From assembly GCA_905178155.1 (NCBI GenBank), contig CAJINV010000001.1, positions 13,080,635 through 13,144,634 on the forward strand: a DNA stretch of 64,000 nucleotides, written 5' to 3'. The stretch comes from Amoebophrya sp. A120 (lineage: Eukaryota > Protista > Dinoflagellata). The stretch's first letter is position 1; every line of letters begins with the position of its first letter. Of this stretch, positions 1 to 10,500 are shown piece after piece. The position numbers were made by a program, and so were the translations under genes. The notes below the pieces were generated by a model. The model was not told where the DNA came from, made no database searches, and worked only from the letters and a program-made list of their open reading frames with translations.

Positions 1-113
1 CTAGAGTCAATGTCCAGCTTCTTGCGGTGCTGTTCTTGCGAAAGATACAAGCGTGTTTCGGTTCATGGGCCCCAGCTGGAGGAAATCCAGCCGATGGATG
101 TCCATGTCGAACG

Positions 114-564
114 TATGGCGTTCTCAAATGTTACATTCTCAGCTGTTGCCTGATTTGTCATGCTTAACAGACTGCGCTACCGAGCCCGGGGGGGTGCGGG
201 GTCCGAGGGGTGCACAAAGCACAGCCCGGAACACCCGAACATGCCCCGCGACTGGCACAGGACCAGCAACGCAACTATTATCGTCGATCTCAGTTTGTCG
301 ATCACGACGTAGCTGCGAAGCCGTCCATACGCCTGGCGCCCCAAGCCCAACCCAACCCCCGAGGCCTGATTTGTCATGCAAAATTCCAATCAGAATTGAC
401 ACGACCAAGCTGCTTCGCATGACAAATTCCCGAAGGGACAAACAGGATGAGAATCTGCGCCAAATCTGTCACGCAAGAGGCGCAATCTTCCCCCTTTCAG
501 TTTTGCCATTCTTGCATCACAAATTCATGCAACAGTTGACAATGTAACGTTTGAGAACGCCATA
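114..564. mobile_element. Introner/MITE, TATGGCGTTCTCAAATG family (451 bp), TSD GAACG
   Basis: About 35-bp TIR tatggcgttctcaaatgttacattctcagctgttg / caacagttgacaatgtaacgtttgagaacgccata; GAACG at 109-113 and 565-569; homologous to 51451-51691. Host reading frame not resolved. Confidence 0.92.
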
Positions 565-1515
565 GAACGACATTTTGTCGGATGGTCCTGGTCCGGCGGC
601 GAACTACTATCTCCGAACCGCACAAAACCAGACTGGGCACCAGCGTACCCCGCACGCGAAACGGAACCAGAACTCGGTTTCGCAATATAAGTAAGTAAAC
701 TCAACTTCGTTCTCCTTAAACTTCGAGTGGCGGCTCCTCTTTGAGAATCTATATCCGTCGTCAAAAGCAAAAACTCCTCGACGTGTATCTAAAGCATTCG
801 CGCCGCAGTTGGTAGTACGTCGGGATTCGCTTCGCGAATGGGATCGGCATGCTGGTGTCCCTACCCGAAATACATACCGATACCAAGGGAGCAACTACCC
901 GGCTCTCGCTTAGTATGTTTTATTCCCGGAGCCGGACCAATTCCAAGTAGAGGCAGGCAGGGGCGGGAGGGACAGGGCGGACACCACAAAATTTATAGAA
1001 TATCCTTTCCCTCCATGGTGGCGGTCTAAGTATTCTTATTCGACTTCCGCTTCCGCACCGTTCCCGCGGCCGTCGCTTCCTTGCGCCATCTCATGTTGGG
1101 TTCCTCGAGGAGAAATAATAAAGCGAATTGTGTTTCAGAAGCATCCTCGCGCAGCCGCTTTTTCCTTCGGCCCTCTCCCCGGCGCGGAAAAAAACTCGCA
1201 ACCAATGTAGACAATCCACCTTGCGCTTGTTTGTTTATCACGACTATCAACGCACGACAGCCCGCAACAGAAACAAAACAAGTCTGAAAGCGACTCTCTT
1301 TCCACTTTCTCTTCTCCCTCTCTTACTACAGGAACAGTAGATCTGACAGAGTGAAACAGTGGTGGAGCGCTTCTTCTATCACTATCTCCGGACGCAGATG
1401 TCTACAAGCTCCTACTGAGCCTGGCGTTCCGTTCCCGTCGATTTGCGCTGGCTTTGTAATAAATGCCTCGTGTTCTCATATGCTCGTTTTTTGAAAAAAA
1501 AAAAGGTAGAGCATT

Positions 1516-4500
1516 TTACTTTTCGTTTTCGACGTTTCTACGCTTCATTTTCAGCACGCCCTGTACAAGCATGTGACTGGTATCGCCAAACGCGCGCAGC
1601 TCGCTGCGAAATCCAAGCAAGTTCACGAAGTGTTGAACTGCAGGTGCCAGTAGCCGTTCCCCTGGAACTTTGCTGTGCAGTCCTATGGCGCGCCTAACGA
1701 CAGTTTTTCTAACTATTTCAAAAATCGGTATGTAGGATGTAAAAACTATCTAGTGTAGCATCGAAGTAGCTAGCTGAGTTAGGTAGTATAGTAGGTAGCT
1801 AACACGACGCCTCCGGATGTGTGTCGTAACGCAGCGCGGACTGCCGTGCGGATTAGCGTCGGAGGCCATTTTTGTGTTGCGGAGGTGCTAATCTAGGCAC
1901 TCCCTATCCTTCAAGATTTAAGGTCGGACTGTCAACAACTACAACTCGGTGTGGTTTCACAGCTGCAATGAGAAAAAACCCGTCAATTCGGTGGAATTAC
2001 ATTTACGGACATACTCGGGGGCGAGGATTCTATTCATGGCGAGGACCTGTGGTGGAAAGTGAAAAGCTATGGTGTAGGATTTACGATCTCAAGGCAGTAC
2101 CCCAACGTGGATATTTCCCACCGAGATACCTTCTCTGTACGTGCTGTCGCTTCTACGAGTAGTACTACGGTTGTCGGTTCCGAACGAGACCAGCTAGCAA
2201 CTATTCAAAATGGGAACACTTCCACACGAAATCGAGCATGTCTCGGTAGACCATTTTTGTGCACTGATCCGGCACGAGTTCGAGATCAAGTTTATCTTCG
2301 AAACGACCAACGATTTACTCATTCGTCCTCGTGTGCGCGCTGCCCGCCCGGATGGGGAGGACAACGACTACTGGATTGGAACGCAATTGAAAAGTACTTC
2401 CGAGTGGGACGCAGCATTTAGTCGTCGTCTGCGATACATTTTGCGGCACCAGGCTGATCGCCTGCATGGCACGGTGCTGATTGGTTTGCAGTGCGACGAT
2501 ACGGAGAGACTCTTTTTGGAGCCAGTGCACCGCGTGCGCGATTATTCCGAAATTGCGATCGCGCAAAAATGCGTCTGCTTGGAGCGTCTGTGCCCCACGC
2601 TGCTGGAATTGTGGGAAAGCGACCTCACGATTCGGCACACCAACGCGAACCCTCTTCTGCTGGCGTACACCGAGGCCACCTTGATGGAGCAATCCGCCCG
2701 GGCGGCGTTCATGGACACTATTCAAGGGACGGACTTGATTTACTCCCCGCCCGAAACCGAGTTCGGAGTTGTTGACGGTTACCTCACAGACCGCACGAAT
2801 CCCGACAAGGTTTATTCCGTCCAGGAGAAGCTTCTGCTGCCGCGAAAGGAAAAATCTGTGGCACTGAATCTCCGCTGTTCGATGAAGCGGTAAGCGTATC
2901 TTTATTTTTTGTCGCCGCTGTCGATGTCCAACTGATTATGCGAACGCGGCAGCCCGACAGAAAATATATGTTGAAAAGGTATCGCGCTTGCAGTCTGCAC
3001 ATCAGTGGCGCATGACAAACGTTTCTTCCTGCTGTTGTCGATGCAAAAGTGAATGGGTTACTTTGTCAGCGCGACAAAAAAACTGTATGCAAAAGCGTCG
3101 AGCTTGTTGTAGCAGGAATTTCGCATGACAAATCTATTAAGCCGAGGCATATCAGCAGGGCAAAAATTTATCTGTGATGCTGAGCAAATTTGTGGCGTAC
3201 TGCCTGCGCGATAGTTTTTCATTACATATAAAGAACACCTCCATAATTTCATCTGTAATACAGGGCGAGCGGCGCAGCGTATGACGGCGACGCCTGTGAC
3301 TTCCTGCTGTTGCACGGCCGCACCGCACTAACCCCGAAGCAGTTCGGCGGATTACATGGCTCCGCCCTGGTGCCGTTCAAGGTGTTACAAGACACTGGCC
3401 ACGTGGCCTCCGAGCACGGGTACTATAAGCCATGTTTTTTTCATTATGTGAGTCGCAGGAAGTAGATGCGAATAAATCTAAATACCATGTACAAATTGCA
3501 ATAGGGAAAACTAACAACCCAGGCCCGGCAAAAAGACGTTAGATATTTTTCCGGAAGCGCCGGGGGTCAAGCGTCCGCGTCCTGACGGGGTTCTCGAAAA
3601 ATTTTATGTCAAAAACAATACCGAGAGCAGCTTCGCAAGCGGACTGCTGCAGATCATTTCCGACTACGAGCAGACCGAATCCCAAACGTCCAAGTCTTCT
3701 TCTAGCCAGCAACCGAACTGACGAATTTTTGGAGCAAGCGAATAGACAAACCCAAATGCCATGCTGCCACGGATGACAGCACTGGACTCGCCCAGGAGTC
3801 AATTTTTGTAGTTTTTATATTCAGGTAAGAAGTAGTGTCATTATACAGCAGCTTCACTATTTGTTCATCTGGGAGTTCCAGTGTTTTCGTTTTGTAAGTA
3901 GCTGGCTTGGGTAGTAATGAATTTCTGTCACATTTTTACACAAATGTAGTTCGGATCTCTGTTATTAATTAACAAATAATTCATTTTACTATGATTCAAT
4001 TTCTAATTGTAAAACTTACAAGCAGCGGAAGAAGTATCCAGGTGAAGCATGAAGGCCGAGGTCGTTGAGCGCTTGTAATGCAGGCTGGCATTTACATCAC
4101 GCATGACAAATAGATGGACACAATTGCAAGTGCTCTTTGCCTGGCCTCCTAGCTTCACCTGGATAGTTTTATCATCGCTGTAGAGCAGCCTGTGTAAACA
4201 TAAAAATAAAATATAGTTCTGATACCGTCGTAGTGGGTCGTTATTTTTGTGAATGTTTTCTGTACGCTGCAAAAGCGCACAGAAAACTCTTTTCTAAAAT
4301 CGGATGGTCTGGTGCTGTGCAGAAAGCGAGACTTTCTCAGTCCCGCGTTGAAATATAGTTTCACTAAAGTTCTTAAATAATATCTTGACCCATGTTTATC
4401 GTTCAGCCTTTTCTTCTTTTCAAGTCTGGAAAGAGTTTGGCATACATAGCTTCATCACCAGGTAAATCCTCGTCACTTGCAGACTCATCATCTTCATCAT

Positions 4501-7500
4501 CCTTTTTCTTTTCCGGCACGGTCTGGTCCAGCAAGGACTTCTGCTTGTTCAAATCAGCGTTGCGATTGTGTTCCGCGTCCCGGAAGGCGTCAAACTCGAA
4601 CCCCAAATTATTCGGATCATCCAGTAAGGAATCGGACGACAGTCTGACCTCCAGCCCGCGGTTCATCTCCCGCGTGCCGTCGTCTTCTTCTTCCTCAGGC
4701 TCCGGTGCTGGTGGTAGCGGCCGCAACAACAGTCCGGATTCAGCAGCGATTTCAAACGTCATGCGCGGCACCGTGATGGGGACATCCTTCATCGAGCCGG
4801 CGCCTTCGTCGACGCGGATCAGTTGGAAGTCCCCCTCCTGCAAGTCAAACTCGCAAATAACATACGGGAGGAGTTCCAGGAGCACGTTCTGCGTCACATT
4901 ACCGGTTGTCTTGCTGGTTCCGGCGAACTTCACGGTGGCCGGAGTGTAATCTCCCCAGCGGATTCGCATGCGCGCGTTGGCTTCACCTTGATCCATCCTG
5001 TGGGACGCAATCCGGGCCAGCTGGGTCTTCTTCTCGTCGGTGCGGAGAACTAGGTACGAATACGTCGCCCGCTGCCGGGTAAGCCCGTCCCGCATCGTCT
5101 GCCCTGCCCGTGTCAGACCGAGCGGTGGCTGCTGCTGCACACTGCGTCGCGACTTCTTCTTCGGTTTGGGTTGTAACTGGCCGGCGCCAAGCATAACCCT
5201 CTCCTGGTACCCACCGCTGATTTCAATCAAGTGGTCCACGAACTCTTCGTCGATTTCTTCGCCGTGTATGCAATTGCAAAAGTGGCCTCCTGATGTTGGA
5301 TGCTAAGACAGCAAATACAACAACTACCCCGCATCACAAAGTTGCGCCATATACAGATTTGTCATGCGCAAGAAGTGTGTTTGTATTGCTAGAAAAAGAA
5401 ACAAAAGGAGGCCACTTTTGCATGCGCATATGGTCGTTCAAAATTTGGAATAGCGCGAGCTTGTTGTCCGGGGACAGCAGTGCCAGGTGTTCGTCGGTGA
5501 CTCGCGGCCAGGTGTCCTGCACCCGTTTCAGCAATGCCAGCTGCTGGTCATCCGGGATGCTGGGGAACATGAGAGGCAAGTAGTCCGCCGGATCGGCCCA
5601 GAGGTTCGAGCGGAGCGAGAGGTAGGTCGGGTCGGCCTTCAACGAGGTTTTTTTCGTCACGACGCCCTCGTACATGATGAAGTCGTCGAGAATGCCGCCG
5701 CACTTCTTCGGTTCTTGATCACTATTCGGCATGCGGAACAACTTCTTCCCCACCCGGATCAACTGAATACCCATCAAGAACCCCTCCGGATCGTTTCCGC
5801 AGAAGCGATAGTGGATAGCAGCGTGCTCATCTGGAGCGTACTTGGAATACCCGACGCAGCAGAAGTCCTCGCCGGTAGCAAATTTGTCGGTGTAGCCGCG
5901 GTCATCGCCAAACCGCGCACTCATCGACATGTGCGCCTTGACCTCGAGAGCAGATTTGTAGTTGCCCTTCATCACGACGAAAGCCTTCACGCCACGGAAT
6001 CCCAGTTTATTAGCCGGCGGACAGGACCAGCTCTCGGTGTCGCCCGCGTAGTCGCACATTTTGCGGATCTTCTTTGGGAAGTTGGACGGATTGTTCCAGT
6101 TATTGTGCGCCGCCATCCGGAGATCCCTGAACGCCTCGTTGATGAACTTCTCGCGGGTAGCACCCTTTGCGCGGTCTCTCGAGTTTATCTCCATCATGGA
6201 CTTCAGGTCGCCCGCGTTGGAGTCCGCTTTTTTGCGCTTGGCGATTTCCTTGATGATGTCCTTGGTTTCCCGTGGTGTCAGCAAATACAACATCTCCGGT
6301 TTAGCGATACGGATCGGATTGTAGAAGCGGGGTTGGATGGAGGTGTGCCGGATTTTGTCCACGTTCTTGCTGCGCAAGTTGTTATCCGCTTTCTGCCCCT
6401 TGGCCTGCCGCTGGTTCTGCTCCTTGAACTGATTCTCCTGTATGAACTCCGTCAAAGGACAACTGCGCACGACCCGGACACGCCACTTTTTCAACAACTC
6501 CAGCGCTTTATCGTCCGACATTTTGAAGCAGACGTTGATGTTGGTTTTGCAGGACACAAATATGCTATGCAAAGCTTCTACTTCTGGACGACTGCAGTCG
6601 TGTTGAATTCGGGCAGAGGAAAGCAATTCATCTTTTTACGACAAAAAGATGAATTGCTACAGTCGCAATTCAACACGAGCAGCTTCTTCTAGAAGTAGTA
6701 GTTTTTCATCACGTAACGCTGAGCTCGAACACCGTCAAGTCTCCGAGCTTCGCCGCCAAGTCGCCGCTGACCGTCAGCTCTTCATTCGCCATCGATTCCC
6801 AGAGGCCGAAGCTGGGATCCGCCGTGTAGTACCACCAACAATTCACCGCGTTGACGAGGACATTCCAGGCCGGACCTTCGTGCAGCGAACTCATGTGGTA
6901 TTTTTTACAGCAATCCGCCACAAGGTGTCTCCAGGTGCGATCCCTGTTCTTCGACCGCGACAGCTGGATTTTTTCGGTGGATAGTTGCTGGTGCATTCTT
7001 GCTTCCGGGTCGATGTACCGCCGGTACGTGTTGAGCAGCGCCTGCGTGCCCAAGTTCTTGTTCGTTTTCCCGTTTTTTTCCAGGTGCAGAAGCAGCTTGA
7101 AGAACATCATGTGGCCATGCGTTACGGAGCGCTGGACGTTGAAGAGCTTGTAATCAATGTCGTACAGTTCCTTGTACATCTCCGTATGGTAACCTAACCA
7201 CCGCGGTTTCAACTTGCCGCGGTTCTCCTCGATGGTTTTCGAGATCAACAGCTCGAAATTGTTCTCTTCCAGAATCTGGGCGACCTGCTCCTTCGTCAAG
7301 TCCTGCGCTATGCTAATGAAAAGCACTACCCGATGTAGTTTTGCGCGAGCTTTTCTTTGTATAAAAATGTACATACGCATGTCATGCAGAGCAGCGTGGT
7401 TATGCCCGTGCAAACCAACATCAGGTAGTGCGTTTCAGTTGCATACTGCGGCCCTTGATCTTCTGTTTTTGGATCATCTGGCACAGAACCAGCAGCACCT

Positions 7501-10500
7501 GGTAGTAGCACTCGCTCATCATGTCCGTCCACGAATTGTCGCCGAAAAACCGCTGCTGGCTTGCGTGGAAGAAGTTGTAACCTGTGCGCTTTTGCATGAG
7601 AAATTGCAATGCCAAGAAAACCAGAAAAGCGAAATTTGAGGGAGGGCCTCAGAGGGTCCCGAGACCCCTCACGTTTTTATTGCAAAGTGGTCCAGTAAGC
7701 GAAAGCTAACCTGCATGCTATGATGGATTTCTAGAGGGTCACTAGACCCCCAGGGGATACCCCTTCGCCTTCCCCTGTCCGAGGGAAGAAAATCACGCGA
7801 TCCTCTGCATGCAAAAAGTGTGCGTTTATTTGTAGAAAAAGTATACGCTTCTCGAGGGCTTTTTCCAGACTGGGCGTCTTCTGCTCCTTCAGGCACAAGT
7901 TCTTCCATTTGAACTTGTCAGCTTCGGCTTTGTCGTTTTTCGCGATGGCCTTGCATTCTTGCTTCGCAGCCAGGAAATCGGATTGATTCTGGAAACGGCC
8001 GCACGGACCCGTAGCCCAGTCATCCCACAATTCCCGGGCCGTCGTCAACTGGGGACAGCAGTTTTTTACGTTGTTGTGCAGGCGGTGGAGGTCGCCTACC
8101 TCAGTTACCCCGGGGAGGAAGAGGTTCTGGGTAATACCCCATCGCGTTTCCGGAGTGGCTTGGTCGCTTTTGTGGTGAAATTCCATGCGGCAGCGATGAT
8201 CATCTCCGACCGTCCCCTCCATGTACTGGGTATCCATATCCCGCCAGTTCTTGTCTTTGTCGCACCACCGATCGGTGATCGCCGTGTCGCCGAACTGCTG
8301 CGGTTTTATCAATGCTAAAACAGATGCTGCACGTGTGTCCTACGTCATAGCATGCAGAGTAACATTATGCACGATGGAACTGTCGACCTCAGAAGAAGCT
8401 CACAAGAGCAGCATCTGTTTTTTCATTTTGATAATCCAATTCGTCATGTTGAGATAGCCGAGAAACTTCGACTTCGTCCCCGGAACGGAGCTCTTCAACT
8501 TACTTACACCACCGGTTTGGAACGCGCAGGGCTGGAGGATCTGGCCCATAAAATTCGGTGTGGTTGATGGAATGCCGTTGTTCGGATCGAGCGGATCGAC
8601 GTCGTCGTGGTATGTGAACTGGTATTTGTATTTAGAAATATGCAGGACTGAAAAGGGGAATGACATGCAGTTTCTCATGCAGAAAAGCAGCACAAAGAAC
8701 ATCAAGAAGAAATGCTCATGTTTCCCTCGTGGATAATATTATCCACGACGGGTGGATGAAGGTTTATACCACAGAACCCCAGGCTCCGTTTTTGCGCACT
8801 GACGAACCGTCCCCGATCTGCCAGACGTGACCGTCTCGCGATCCAAATACCAGCTCCGGGCACAACTCCTGCAGAAGCAGGTGTTCCTTATCGTCGGCCT
8901 TCTCGGATTTAAACGCGCGGCTGGATATGACGTACTCGTAGTAGCGGCGCAAAGCCGCAGCCTGATATATTTGGTGGCTGTGGTTCCATCGTGAAGAAGA
9001 TTATGCACGACGGCATCAGATCCATGCACTTTATGTGATGTCGTGCCATGCGGAATAACATCACCCACGGCGGAGTGGTACTGCTATTTGTGATGCAAAA
9101 TAACACCATCGTGAGTAAAGTGATTCACGATGGAACCACCTTCACCAAAAACATCAATTTTCTACCTTCGCTCGCAGTTTCGCATCGTCAGCTCCCATCC
9201 GACCCAGCTGCGCCTCGCCGACGCATCGAATCTTCTCTGCTGTATCCCACAGGTCTGCTGTATTGAGACCTGCGAGCTCATCCCGGTAATTACACGTGCC
9301 AAATTTTGCATAAGCAATCTCCTTTGTTTGGGTGATCCTCCACCACAGGTAGCAAAATACCTGATTGAAGTTGTAATGAAAAAAAGGATTTGTCATGCTC
9401 CATGAGTATATGAATGCATGCGGTTCGCACATCATAAAATTCATGTTTTACCCCGTCCCATTGCGATCCTTCCTTGGTTGGGTGCCAAGTAATCCCGCAG
9501 TACGTCCAGAGGTCCCGCGGCACCTGCGTGGACAACCACTTCTCGTAATTGGTCGGCGAAGGAGCCATCGACTTCAGCTTCCAGATCGGTTTGCCCGTAA
9601 ACTCCGATCTCAGCGGAACATCCCATTTAGTCGCTCGGGATTTCCGCGCAGGGCGATCGCCCTCTGGTGCCTCCTCGGCCTCCGAATCCGACTCGGAGGA
9701 TGACGAGTACTCGACCTCATCCAGCACATCGTCCTCGGGTTTGAGGACCGGGTCTAGCTGATGAACAGCTCGTTGAGTTCGTGTAGCACCCGGGAGCACG
9801 AAATCAGCTCTGGCCACAGCTGCGGGCGGAGGACGTTGGCGTTGTTTTGGAGCGGGATGTGCTGCCTGTTGGTAGACGGGAGGCCCCGCAGGAGGATGCA
9901 TCTCTCTGTTCTTCAAACTAGAAGCATGCTTACTCGACGATCATCTATACGTGCGGAAATAGCAAGCTGTGGGACCTGGAGTGTCTGTGTGACAAACTGC
10001 GCTCGCCTTCTTCAAATCCATCTCTCGCAGTGCGTGCGCTATCTCTCCGTCTACTTCGAGACCTGTTTACGAGCCCCACGATTATATCATTCGTTCGACC
10101 GAACAGCGCAAACAACTACACAACCGACCTTCAGCCCATTGCAGTGTGTGCTCCATCTTTCGCACGCCTGCTTCGACCCTGTCTACGATACAACCGACTA
10201 TCTGACACTCGCATCCGAACAACAGGTACAGCCTACACATTCAACCTTTTTTATCTGGTTCTTTGCTCGCAAGCACACTTCAATGGATTCATACGTGCGG
10301 ACTCAGATGCGAAATCTACATTTGTTCGTCGTGAAGCTTGTTCTTGATTCCAACATCATTCGTCAAGGAAAGGTAGTTCGACGCCTCACGATTAATTCAT
10401 TGTTGATCGCTACAGGTAGAAAGCCGACAGCGGACGCGACCAGCCAGCTGCCGGACCAAAGAGGAGGTGGATTTCACAGTAATGGTTATTACAACGAAAT

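Noticed and set aside
1-770. Host gene around the first introner
   Set aside because: Several frames are partly open after removal and none is convincing; the window edge truncates it.
5266-5431. AT-AC boundaries suggesting a U12-type intron
   Set aside because: No ATATCCTT donor or U12 branch site; AT-AC arises from the TAT...ATA ends, and another in-frame boundary exists.
5487-6692. Long plus-strand ORFs (401 aa here; also 19145-19951, 19630-20523, 20342-21349, 44313-45095)
   Set aside because: Antisense shadows of GC3-rich minus-strand coding sequence, with no recognisable motifs.
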